NCBI GenBank assembly: GCA_043827405.1
Contig: JBDRPD010000054.1
Coordinates: 32,001 to 96,000, forward strand
Source of the DNA: Elusimicrobiota bacterium
Lineage (GTDB): Bacteria; Elusimicrobiota; Elusimicrobia; UBA1565
Direction of reading: 5' to 3'
Length of the DNA: 64,000 nt
The translations under genes were made by a program, and so were the position numbers. Shown here one piece after another: positions 38,372 to 47,682 of the stretch. Position 1 is the stretch's first letter. Each line of letters starts with the position of its first letter. The notes beneath the pieces were generated by a model that worked only from the letters and a program-made list of their open reading frames with translations, was not told the DNA's origin and ran no database searches.

Positions 38372-41300
38372 GTGAGGGGTAGAGCCGTACGACTTGTCGC
38401 GGCCGTCTGCTGGGCAGTACTTCTCGCTGCGGGAGCCGCGGCGGCGGAACGGCCTCAGCTCGTGGTACAGAGCGGGCATACGCGGCAGGTTCGCGGGCTC
38501 GTCTTCACTCCCGACGGCCGGCATCTCGTCACGGCGGGCTACGACCAGGTGGCGCGGCTGTGGGACGTCGAATCGCGGACCGAGCTCCGGACCTACGCCG
38601 GCCATTCCGGCCTGCTGAACACGCTCGGCATCGGCGACGGCGGCCGCATGATAGTTACCGGGAGCGGCGATGGTACGGCCCGGTTGTGGGACCTGGCCAG
38701 CGGCGAGCAGCGGCGGCGGTTTACGACCGGCGAGCTGACCGACCAGGTCTTTGCCGCCGCGCTCGGCCCGGACGGAAAGTACGTCGCCACCGGACATTGG
38801 ATCACCGGCGCCAGTATTTGGGATGCGCAGAGCGGCAAGCGGCTGCATCATCTGCAAGGCCACGCCCGCAGCGATACCATCGCCGCGGAGGTCCATGTCT
38901 ATGGCATCGCGATAACGCCGGACGGCAAGCATGTGCTGACTGCCGGTGATGACGCGACGGCGAGGCTATGGGATATCCGCAGCGGCGAGCAGCGTCGCGT
39001 CTATGAAGGGCATAAGCAGCGGATTTTTGCGCTCGCGGTTTCCGCCGACGGCAAGTACTTCGTGACGGGCGGCTATGATCGCACCGTCCAGTTATGGGAT
39101 CTTGAAAAGAATCGTTCGATCAGTTCTTTTGCCGAGAGCGCCCCCGTTTATTCGCTGGCGTTCAGCCCCGATGGACGCTATGTCGCGGCCGGATTGGAGA
39201 ACGGCAGCGTCAGCGTCTGGGACCTGCAGACGGGAGTCCGGGCGCATACGCTGACGGCCCATGCCAAAATAGCGGGCGCCGTCGCTTTCAGCCCGGACGG
39301 GCGGACGCTCGCCACCGGCGGCGACGATGCCAAGGTCGTGCTGTGGAACGCCGTTGACGGCAAGCGGATCGCGGGGCTGGAAGGCAATGCCCGGCCGATC
39401 GATCAAGCGGCATTCAGCCCGGACGGCAAGCATATCCTTGCCTTGCGCAGCGATCGATCTGCTCGGCTGTGGGATACCCGCTCCGGCAAGGAGCTGCGCA
39501 GCTACCGGGTTCACTGGCTTCAGTTCGACGAGATGTACGAACCGCTGGCCTTTGCTCCCGACGGACGCAGCTTCTTTGTGAACAGTGTAAAACACACTCC
39601 GCGGCGATGGAGCGTGGACTCTCTGGACTTTATTAGTGCTTACCGAGGACATACCACCTACGTAACGACGCTGGCGGTCTCCCCGGACAACCGTCTCCTG
39701 CTTAGCGGCGGACAGGACAGCACTTTGCGGCTATGGGAAGTGGACAGCGGCAAAGAGCTGAAAACTTTGTGGCGACGGGACAGCGGCATCATTAAAGCCG
39801 CCGCCTTCAGCCCCGACGGCAAGCTCGCCGCCGCGGTCAGCCATTACGAACTGCGAATCTGGGATGTCGCGGACGGACGGTTGCTGCATGAGCGCAAGCA
39901 CTCCGAGCAGATGGCTCATGTCTGGTTCAGCCCGGACGGGCGCAATGTCGTGACAGCAGGCGGGCAGTATAAGGTCTCTAAAGTGGTTAAGTGGGACGCG
40001 GTCAGCGGGCAGAAGGTGCGGGAGTATCGAGCCGAGTATCCCGCAGGCGTCTACCGAGCCGCTTTGGCGCCGGACGGCCGGAATTTACTGACCGTCAGCG
40101 GCGACCAGAAGCTGCGGGTTCTGGATCTGGAAACCGGTAATTGGGATCGAGTTCTGTTCGAACTCAGCGTGGATTTCAACTCGGTTTCCATCAGCCCGGA
40201 CGGCAAGTTCGTCCTCACCGGCAGCGCCGACGGCACCGCACGCATCTGGGACTTTAAATCCGGACGCGAACTGTGCCGCTTGGTCTCGGGAAAGCCCGGC
40301 GAATGGGTGGTCGCAACTCCGGAGGGCCTGTTCGATGGTTCGCCCGAGGGGCTCAAGACCCTCTATTGGACGACCGGCGACAAAGCCTACCCGCTGGAGG
40401 CCTTCTCCGAGAACCATTATTCTCCCGGTCTGCTGGCGCGCATCCTCGCCGGCATGGAGATCAAGACCGCGGCGGCACCGGACCTTTCGCAAGGCTTTAA
40501 GGCGCCGCCCAGCATCGAGTTCGTCTCCCCGCGCGCCGGCGCGGCCTTCAGCAAAACCAGCGTCGAGGTCGAGGTGCTGGCACGCGACATGGGCGGGGGG
40601 ATTGATGAGATCCGCCTCTACCACAACGGCAAGGCGCTCGGAGGTTCGGCCCGCGATATCAAGGTCGTCGAGAAGGCCGGGGAGCTGCGGCGTAAATTTC
40701 ACGTCGCGCTGCTGGACGGCGAGAACCGGCTGCGCGCGGTGGCGCTGAGCGGCGAGCGGATAGAAAGCGCGCCCGCCGAGATCGCAGTGACGCTCAAGGC
40801 GCCGCAGAAAGAGGCGGCTTTGCATCTGCTGGCGGTCGGGATCAACAAGTACCGCAACCCGGCGCTGAACCTCAACTACGCCGTGCCCGACGCCAAGGGG
40901 CTGGCCGGCTTCTTCGCCCAGGGCGCGAGCGGATTGTTCCGCTCCGTGCGCGAGCATACGCTCTACGACCAGGACGCCACCAAGGCCGCCATCCTCGCCA
41001 AGCTCAAGGAGCTGGAGAATACGGCGCCCCAGGATGTGGTCGTTGTTTACCTCGCCGGACACGGCGAGAGCTTGGGAAACACCTGGTACTTCCTGCCGCA
41101 CGAGCTGATCTATCCCGAGCGCGAGGACAAGATCAAGGAGGGCGGGCTGTCATCGGCGGAGCTGCAGGAGCGCATCCGCGCCATCGGCGCCCGCAAGGTC
41201 CTGCTGCTGATGGATGCCTGCAAGTCCGGCGGAGCGCTATTGGCCTTTGCTGCCCGCGGCTTCGAGGAGCGCAAGGCTTTGGCCCAGCTGGCGCGCGCCG

Positions 41301-41572
41301 CCGGCGTGCACGTCGTGGCGGCCAGCTCGCAGGACCAGATCGCGGCCGAGGTCAAAGAGCTCGGCCATGGCGTCTTCACCCATACTTTGCTCGGCGGGCT
41401 GGGGGGCAAGGCCGACGGCAGTCCCAAGGACGGTACCGTGACCGTGCGCGAACTGCTGAGCTACGTCGAGAACGTCCTGCCGGAGATATCGCAGAAGTAC
41501 AAGGCTCAGCCGCAGTTTCCGGTGGTGGACAGCCGGGGCATGGACTTTCCGCTGACGCGGCCGAAGAACTAG
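38372..41572 (+). CDS. Exported WD40-repeat plus caspase (peptidase C14) protein (start approximate)
   Basis: Signal peptide; about 14 GH...FSPDG...WD repeats; Ig-like linker; LAVGIN, YLAGHG (His), MDACKSG (Cys), HGVFT. Confidence 0.92.
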   Translation: MRGRAVRLVAAVCWAVLLAAGAAAAERPQLVVQSGHTRQVRGLVFTPDGRHLVTAGYDQVARLWDVESRTELRTYAGHSGLLNTLGIGDGGRMIVTGSGDGTARLWDLASGEQRRRFTTGELTDQVFAAALGPDGKYVATGHWITGASIWDAQSGKRLHHLQGHARSDTIAAEVHVYGIAITPDGKHVLTAGDDATARLWDIRSGEQRRVYEGHKQRIFALAVSADGKYFVTGGYDRTVQLWDLEKNRSISSFAESAPVYSLAFSPDGRYVAAGLENGSVSVWDLQTGVRAHTLTAHAKIAGAVAFSPDGRTLATGGDDAKVVLWNAVDGKRIAGLEGNARPIDQAAFSPDGKHILALRSDRSARLWDTRSGKELRSYRVHWLQFDEMYEPLAFAPDGRSFFVNSVKHTPRRWSVDSLDFISAYRGHTTYVTTLAVSPDNRLLLSGGQDSTLRLWEVDSGKELKTLWRRDSGIIKAAAFSPDGKLAAAVSHYELRIWDVADGRLLHERKHSEQMAHVWFSPDGRNVVTAGGQYKVSKVVKWDAVSGQKVREYRAEYPAGVYRAALAPDGRNLLTVSGDQKLRVLDLETGNWDRVLFELSVDFNSVSISPDGKFVLTGSADGTARIWDFKSGRELCRLVSGKPGEWVVATPEGLFDGSPEGLKTLYWTTGDKAYPLEAFSENHYSPGLLARILAGMEIKTAAAPDLSQGFKAPPSIEFVSPRAGAAFSKTSVEVEVLARDMGGGIDEIRLYHNGKALGGSARDIKVVEKAGELRRKFHVALLDGENRLRAVALSGERIESAPAEIAVTLKAPQKEAALHLLAVGINKYRNPALNLNYAVPDAKGLAGFFAQGASGLFRSVREHTLYDQDATKAAILAKLKELENTAPQDVVVVYLAGHGESLGNTWYFLPHELIYPEREDKIKEGGLSSAELQERIRAIGARKVLLLMDACKSGGALLAFAARGFEERKALAQLARAAGVHVVAASSQDQIAAEVKELGHGVFTHTLLGGLGGKADGSPKDGTVTVRELLSYVENVLPEISQKYKAQPQFPVVDSRGMDFPLTRPKN

Positions 41573-42132
41573 CGGCAGACCGGCGCGCCGTCGGGGATGG
41601 CGTCGCGCATGTAGGTCCCGCGGAACCAGGTCTGGATATCGACGGCTTCCCACTCTTCGGCATCGCCCATTTCGGTGACGTCCTTGTACTTGACCTGGAG
41701 GAAGTGCACCAGCTCATGGGCCAGGGAGTCGTCGATAAAGCGCCCCATCTTCATATAGTAGGCGGCGTCATCGAGCAGGTATATCCTGTTGAACCGGAAG
41801 ACGTAAACGTTGAGGACGATGTCCGGGCGCATACCCCACTGAGGCTCGACGGCGTCGTTGAACTCCTCCGCCGGGGTTTCGCTGCCGTAGCGGACGGAGG
41901 GCAGAGGAATGTCCTCCCGCAGGGTCACCTTCTTCTTCCACGCCACGGCCCGCACGATGCATTCCCTGGAGTAGCGCGGGCGTGCGGTCCCGATCTTCTT
42001 GGCGGTCTTTTTCACTGCCGTCTGGGCAAAAGTCTGCGCCTCGCCTAGCGAGAAGCCGGCGGTAAATCCCTGGGCCGGGACGCAGGCCGCCAGGACGAGG
42101 GCGCGGATCAGCATGAAGCAGAGGAATCTCAT
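41569..42132 (-). CDS. Exported hypothetical protein with HExxH zincin motif
   Basis: Signal peptide, SLAHELVHFLQ, downstream EEWEA. Confidence 0.7.
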   Translation of the reverse strand: MRFLCFMLIRALVLAACVPAQGFTAGFSLGEAQTFAQTAVKKTAKKIGTARPRYSRECIVRAVAWKKKVTLREDIPLPSVRYGSETPAEEFNDAVEPQWGMRPDIVLNVYVFRFNRIYLLDDAAYYMKMGRFIDDSLAHELVHFLQVKYKDVTEMGDAEEWEAVDIQTWFRGTYMRDAIPDGAPVCR

Positions 42133-42278
42133 ACTGGCAATAGGATAGCGGGATTACCGGATTTGACCTGAGCACGGGGGCCCTCTCTTTTCTGGGCCCT
42201 TGGGCCTATGCGGGCCGTGGCGAACGCGCCAATTGAAATTGTAGAGTGAGGGCAGATTTTCGCTCCACTGGAGGATAT

Positions 42279-43577
42279 ATGGCACTTTTCTCGCAGCGCA
42301 CATCCAAGATCGACACGGAGAACGCCTTCAAGATCGGCCCCCATATCGTCAAGGTGGAGGGTTCCGGCAAGAAGGTCGTGAAGTTCAACCTTGGAGAACC
42401 GGACTTCGACCTGCCGAAGTATATCGGCGACGAGATCAAGCGGCAGATTGATCTGGGCAATACCCACTACTGCGACCCCCAGGGCATCCCGACCCTGCGC
42501 AAGACGCTGGCCGCGCACCTGACCAAGAGCCGCGGCATCACCGTTACCCCGGACCGGATCGTCGTCTTCCCCGGCGGCAAGCCGCCTATCGGGCTGTGCC
42601 AGCAGGCATACTGCGATCCGGGCGACGAGGTCATCTATCCCAGCCCGGGCTTCCCGATCTATGAGTCGTTCATCCGCTACGTGGATGCGGTCCCGGTGCC
42701 CCTGCACCTTAAGGAAGAGCTCGGCTTTTCCTTCACCGGCGATGACCTGGCTCCGCTGATCACGCCCAAGACCAAGCTCATCATCCTGAACTTCCCGTCC
42801 AATCCGACCGGCGGCGTGGCGACCCGGGAGCAGCTGGAGGGGATCGCCAAGGTGATCGAGGAGAAGTGCAGCCCCGACGTCCGCGTCTACTCGGACGAGA
42901 TCTATGAGCACATTCTGTTCGACGGCTCCAAGCACATCTCGATCGCCGCCATCGGCGGCATGGCCAAGCGCACGGTGATCGCCAGCGGCCATTCCAAGTC
43001 CTTCGCCTGGACCGGCGGCCGCGTCGGCTATGCGGCGTTTCCGACCGTGGAGGAGGCGCAGGTCTTCAAGAACCTCAACATCAACTACTTCTCCTGCATC
43101 CCGCCCTACAACCAGGAGGCGGCCCGCGTCGCGCTGGAGTCCCCGGAGTGCGATGTCGAGGTCGGCAAGATGGTGCGGGCCTTCGAGGAGCGGCGCGACT
43201 ACGTGGTGCCGGCGCTCAACGCCATCGAAGGCATCAAGTGCCAGAATCCCAAGGGGGCGTTCTATGTCTTCCCCAACATCTCCGGCATCTGCGAGCAGCT
43301 CGGAGCCTTCGAGCTCTTCAAGGGACTGCCCGACGACCTGCGCAAGAAGCTGAGCCCGTCGACGCTGTTCCAGATGTTCCTGCTCTACGAGTACGGCGTC
43401 GCCACCATGGACCGCAAGTCCTTCGGTAAAATCGGCGCGGAGAATTGTCATTATCTGCGCCTGTCGATCGCCAATAAGCTCGAGGAGCTCAAGGAAGGAA
43501 TCGCGCTCATCGAGAAGGCCTCGCAGGACGAAGACGGCTTCGCCGCCTTCGTCAAAAAAGGCGAGAACCTGATCTAG
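42279..43577 (+). CDS. PLP-dependent aminotransferase class I/II
   Basis: LGEPDF, NFPSNPTG, SDEIY, SKSFAWTGGRVG, PKGAFY; GGAGG RBS. Confidence 0.93.
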   Translation: MALFSQRTSKIDTENAFKIGPHIVKVEGSGKKVVKFNLGEPDFDLPKYIGDEIKRQIDLGNTHYCDPQGIPTLRKTLAAHLTKSRGITVTPDRIVVFPGGKPPIGLCQQAYCDPGDEVIYPSPGFPIYESFIRYVDAVPVPLHLKEELGFSFTGDDLAPLITPKTKLIILNFPSNPTGGVATREQLEGIAKVIEEKCSPDVRVYSDEIYEHILFDGSKHISIAAIGGMAKRTVIASGHSKSFAWTGGRVGYAAFPTVEEAQVFKNLNINYFSCIPPYNQEAARVALESPECDVEVGKMVRAFEERRDYVVPALNAIEGIKCQNPKGAFYVFPNISGICEQLGAFELFKGLPDDLRKKLSPSTLFQMFLLYEYGVATMDRKSFGKIGAENCHYLRLSIANKLEELKEGIALIEKASQDEDGFAAFVKKGENLI

Positions 43578-43718
43578 GGCGCGGGCGCACAGCGTTCATC
43601 CATAGATAAAAACTATGCGTTGAGTGTTGTTAGGTGGTGTCTTTTCGCATAGAAGGGTCTTCCTCCGTATCTTTCGATTACTGTAACCGCAGGTGTGCGC
43701 TCCGCGCGCTTTTCCCGC

Positions 43719-43747
43719 TTGACGGGAAATCAAGGCGGGCGTATACT
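43719..43747 (+). promoter_or_regulatory. Sigma70-type promoter
   Basis: TTGACG-N17-TATACT upstream of 43771, overlapped by the inverted repeat CCCGCTTGA...TCAAGGCGGG. Confidence 0.7.
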
Positions 43748-43770
43748 GCTCAATCGTTACAGGGGGAAGC

Positions 43771-44439
43771 ATGGACCAAGGCAGGAAACCCTTCAAGCTC
43801 GCACTCATCTCAACGCACGGAACCGGAAAGACCACGCTGTCGTTTGATGTCGCGGCCCAGCTCAAGAAGCGGGGTCTGAAGGTTAAGGTTTTTTCCGAGA
43901 TCGCCGCGCGCGCCTGTGAGATGGGCATTCCGATTAACGAAGGGACGACCCTGCCCGCCCAGCTCTACATCCTCTTGCAGCATATGTGCGAAGAACTGCG
44001 CGGCGCGATCCGCGGCTACGAAGTCGTGATCTGCGACCGCAGCGTGTTCGACAACTGGATTTACCTTGAGCGGCGGTGCGGGCGCGATGACAACGGCTAC
44101 ATCATCGATTTTATCCGCATGTATGCCGACCAGTTTCCGTACGACGCCATCTATAAGCTTCCCTTGGTCGGCGATCTCGTGGACGACGGCATCCGCGAAG
44201 TATTCAGCAAGGACTTCCAGGAGGACGTATACTCCCGGCTCAATAACCTGCTGACCGATCTGCGCGTCCAGCATAAAACCCTGCCGATGCCGACCTCTGT
44301 GCTCAGGAGCGAATGGTGCGACCTCATCGTCGAAGAGACCATGGCCAGCCTGCAGCAGCGAGGGGCCGGCGCAATTAACGGCCGGCGCTTCACCCTGGAG
44401 AAGACCAGCGGGAAGGCCGTTCCCGTCTCTCACGTCTAA
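43771..44439 (+). CDS. P-loop NTPase, AAA_28/NadR-like nucleotide kinase fold
   Basis: STHGTGKTT Walker A, EIAAR, VICDRSVFD, DDGIR. Confidence 0.8.
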   Translation: MDQGRKPFKLALISTHGTGKTTLSFDVAAQLKKRGLKVKVFSEIAARACEMGIPINEGTTLPAQLYILLQHMCEELRGAIRGYEVVICDRSVFDNWIYLERRCGRDDNGYIIDFIRMYADQFPYDAIYKLPLVGDLVDDGIREVFSKDFQEDVYSRLNNLLTDLRVQHKTLPMPTSVLRSEWCDLIVEETMASLQQRGAGAINGRRFTLEKTSGKAVPVSHV

Positions 44440-44502
44440 GCGGCCGCCCAATTTTGCAGAATATCCTACCGGGGCGCCGGTTCGCCCTAGGAGGGCGGCT
44501 AT

Positions 44503-45528
44503 ATGAAGGCGCTGGTAAAGAAGCATGCGAAGGAAGGGCTATGGCTCGATGATGTCCCCGAGCCCGAGGTTTCCGAAAACGACGTTCTGATCCGCATCAA
44601 GAAAACCGCCATTTGCGGGACCGATGTCCATATCTACGAGTGGGATGCCTGGGCGCAGAAGAATATTCCCGTAGGGCTGCATGTCGGCCACGAGTTCGTG
44701 GGCGAGGTGATCGAGATCGGCAAGGCCGTCAAAGGCGTGGAGGTCGGCCAGCGGGTTTCCGGCGAGGGGCATGTGGTTTGCGGCCACTGCCGCAATTGCC
44801 GCGCCGGGAAGCGGCACCTATGCCGCAATACGCAGGGCGTGGGCGTCAACCGCGCGGGGGCTTTCGCCGAGCGGCTGTCGATTCCCGCGAGCAATGTGTT
44901 TCCTATTCCCGACGGGATATCGGATGAGGAAGCCTCTATTCTGGATCCGCTCGGCAATGCCGTGCATACGGCTTTGTCCTTCGATCTGGTGGGCGAAGAT
45001 GTGCTGGTAACGGGCGCGGGTCCGATCGGCATTATGGGCGCCGTGGTCGCTCGTCACGCCGGCGCCCGCCACGTGGTTATTACCGATATCAACGATTACC
45101 GTTTGCAGCTGGCGAAGAAGCTCGGCGTCCAGCGCGTCGTGGACTCGCGCAGCGAAAAGCTCGCCGCGGTGATGCGGGAGCTCGGTATGACCGAGGGGTT
45201 TGACATCGGCCTCGAGATGTCGGGCGCGGCGCCGGCATTCCGCGATATGATCGCGGCGCTTAAGCATGGCAGCAAGATCGCGCTGCTCGGCATTCTCCCC
45301 GATGAAACGGGCGTCTCGTGGAGCCAGGTCATCTTCAAAGGGCTTATTATCAAAGGCATCTACGGCCGCGAGATGTACGAGACCTGGTATAAGATGTGCG
45401 CCATGCTGCAGAGCGGTCTTAATATCAAGCCGATCATCACCCATCGTTTTTCTTACGAGCAGTACGAGGAAGGCTTCGCGGTGATGCGCGCCGGCAAGTC
45501 CGGCAAGGTCATCCTGGATTGGGAGTAA
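44503..45528 (+). CDS. tdh: L-threonine 3-dehydrogenase
   Basis: [58 protein letters not shown]. Confidence 0.96.
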   Translation: MKALVKKHAKEGLWLDDVPEPEVSENDVLIRIKKTAICGTDVHIYEWDAWAQKNIPVGLHVGHEFVGEVIEIGKAVKGVEVGQRVSGEGHVVCGHCRNCRAGKRHLCRNTQGVGVNRAGAFAERLSIPASNVFPIPDGISDEEASILDPLGNAVHTALSFDLVGEDVLVTGAGPIGIMGAVVARHAGARHVVITDINDYRLQLAKKLGVQRVVDSRSEKLAAVMRELGMTEGFDIGLEMSGAAPAFRDMIAALKHGSKIALLGILPDETGVSWSQVIFKGLIIKGIYGREMYETWYKMCAMLQSGLNIKPIITHRFSYEQYEEGFAVMRAGKSGKVILDWE

Positions 45529-45682
45529 ATGCAAAAAACATAAATTTCCCTAAGGTACTAGAGGCCGCCGTCAGGCGACCCAAAGACGATAGGACTATTT
45601 TCTTTAGTGTTTTTAGGGCCTTTTCCTTTGTTAGCGGTCTCTGAGCTCCCTATAATTCCCTTATGAAAGGAAAGGGGGAATT

Positions 45683-46231
45683 ATGAATAGAATCATCATT
45701 TTAACGGCACTTTGCGCTATTTTTGCAGCTCCAGCAGGAGCTGAAGAGCCGGCCGGACCGGTAGGCGAGCCCTTTTCGGTCGCTGCCGTTGAGTCGTTTA
45801 AGCACCCCACCTGCGAGATCATGCCTTGGGGCGTGCTTACCGCAGTGCAGGTCAAAAAAACCGTCAACTACTCCTGGGACGAGGAGCTCGACATCAAGGC
45901 GCTGTTTGCGGCCAAGGGCTACCGCTCAAGCGGGAAGCTGGTGTCTACCGACAAGCTGCCGGAGGGAGCGCTCTTTACCTATATGGTGACTTCGGTCGGC
46001 AAGGAGACGAGGTTCTTCCGCACGCAGTATCTCGGCTTCACCATCATCCATATCCGCGTGAAGGACAGCTCCACCGAGGGGGGCTCGCGCATTCTCTTCC
46101 AATATAAGCCGCCGACCAGCATGATGCAGAGCGATCCCCATGACATAACGGGGGCGCAGGTGAACTCGATTCGAGTCGCGCTGCGCGGCATCCCGAACTG
46201 CGAAGCGGAGAAGACCCCGCCGCAGGACTAG
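45683..46231 (+). CDS. Exported hypothetical protein
   Basis: Signal peptide ending AGA; purine-rich RBS; TATAAT upstream. Confidence 0.75.
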   Translation: MNRIIILTALCAIFAAPAGAEEPAGPVGEPFSVAAVESFKHPTCEIMPWGVLTAVQVKKTVNYSWDEELDIKALFAAKGYRSSGKLVSTDKLPEGALFTYMVTSVGKETRFFRTQYLGFTIIHIRVKDSSTEGGSRILFQYKPPTSMMQSDPHDITGAQVNSIRVALRGIPNCEAEKTPPQD

Positions 46232-46235
46232 CAGG

Positions 46236-47123
46236 CTACCTCTTGGGGCAGGGGCAATTCCCGCCGAATGTTTTCTGCGTCTGCAGGCAGATCGAGGCGG
46301 TTATAACCGCTCCGCAGCGGCAGCCGTCGGCCAGAAATGACTGCTGCCGGCTCCGGCATTCCATTACCTCGTCCCGCTTGGCTTGAATCGCCGCCCGCTC
46401 CGCTTCTTTTTTCTCCTCCAGCTCTCTTAGGGCCGCGTTGCGCATGGACGCATCGACGCGGTCCCGCGCCAGCTTCACGTCCGCCTCATGCTTGGCTTCG
46501 GCGTAGCCGAGAATTTTATTGACCCGCGCTTTGTCGGCGCCCAGCGCTCCGACCACTTCCTTGAAGTCGGCCGGCGCTTTGCCCTCTTTCATCGCGGGGA
46601 CATGGTCCGCGAGGTAGTTGACGGTCGCTTTTTCATATGCGTCGGTCAGCGCCGCCTTGTCTTTGGCGGGCAGGTCGAGGCGCATCGCCGCCTGGTAGCG
46701 CTGCGGGTAGCTCTTCGGATCGAAGCGGAAGGTCTGCAGATCGCGCCGGAGGTCGTAGGCGTCAGCCTCCCTCTTCTGCGCGTTGGCCGCGGCGGATTTC
46801 TCGCGCAGGCGGCAGGCGGCCTCCAACCCTTTCTTGATGAAGCGCGGCTGACAGGCCATCTGCGCCGTTCCTCCGCCCATGCGCATGGTGTAGGTGCATG
46901 TCCCGTCCTTCTCGACCGTCAGGCCGGCATTTTCCACCGCTATCCATTCCTGTTTCGTGAGATCGAGTTTATGGAATATGCCGCCGGTTAGGTCGGCGTC
47001 CTGCTGCGCAGCCTGACACGGGTCTTTGGGCGGGGCCTTGCCCGCATGCGCCGGGCGCACGGCGAGGGAGAACAGAACGGACGCGCTCAAAATCCAGACA
47101 GCGAAGCATTTGCTGCGGGCCAT
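46236..47123 (-). CDS. Exported hypothetical protein with Cys-rich ends
   Basis: GGAGG RBS, signal peptide ending AHA, helical middle region, six Cys in the last 40 aa. Confidence 0.75.
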   Translation of the reverse strand: MARSKCFAVWILSASVLFSLAVRPAHAGKAPPKDPCQAAQQDADLTGGIFHKLDLTKQEWIAVENAGLTVEKDGTCTYTMRMGGGTAQMACQPRFIKKGLEAACRLREKSAAANAQKREADAYDLRRDLQTFRFDPKSYPQRYQAAMRLDLPAKDKAALTDAYEKATVNYLADHVPAMKEGKAPADFKEVVGALGADKARVNKILGYAEAKHEADVKLARDRVDASMRNAALRELEEKKEAERAAIQAKRDEVMECRSRQQSFLADGCRCGAVITASICLQTQKTFGGNCPCPKR

Positions 47124-47186
47124 GGCGGCCTCCACAATACGGCGGATTGTGCTCCGGTATTTAGTTTAGCAGAAGAACTTGACGTG

Positions 47187-47567
47187 TCAAGAGGCGGGGG
47201 CGGCGCAGTGGGGGTGCTCGTCGCAGACGGAGGCGTCGTGCAGGCGTTCAAGCTTGCCGGCGTGCAGGAGGCGCAGGTTCTCCTTTACCGTATCCGTTTC
47301 GGCGGCATAGACGGGGATGCCCGCGGTTCCCAGGCGCTGCAGCCCTTTGCGGCCGATCTCCTTGGTGATCAGGCAGCCCGCGCCGCATTCGATCAGCGTA
47401 CTGGCCGGGCCGCAGAGGCCTTGCGCCTGCCTCCGGTCGGAGTTCAATACCTGGGTGACCTTGCTCTGCTCCCAGTTGATCACCAGAAACATTTCCGCCG
47501 CGCCGAAATGCTCGCATAGCCGGCTGCTTAAGCCCTTGTCATGTTCTACAGGGAAAAATACACGCAT
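47187..47567 (-). CDS. NifB/NifX (dinitrogenase FeMo-cofactor biosynthesis domain) family protein
   Basis: EHFGAAEMF, LITKEIG, AGIPVY; GGAGG RBS. Confidence 0.85.
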   Translation of the reverse strand: MRVFFPVEHDKGLSSRLCEHFGAAEMFLVINWEQSKVTQVLNSDRRQAQGLCGPASTLIECGAGCLITKEIGRKGLQRLGTAGIPVYAAETDTVKENLRLLHAGKLERLHDASVCDEHPHCAAPAS

Positions 47568-47682
47568 AGTTCCTCCGCCGGGGTGAGGGGGAGAATTCTC
47601 CGAATACGTTAAGGTCTTGGGCTTGCGCTGTCTATGGCATATGTCAATAAACCGGTTCGTGAATTAACTACACTAGGGATGC

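Noticed and set aside
47178..47191. Second HcpR/FNR box (CTTGACGTGTCAAG)
   Set aside because: The spacer is 2 nt rather than 4 and it overlaps a stop codon; not supported as the same site.
47187..47567. Nitrogen fixation cluster
   Set aside because: A lone NifB/NifX-domain protein, common in non-diazotrophs; no nif genes nearby.
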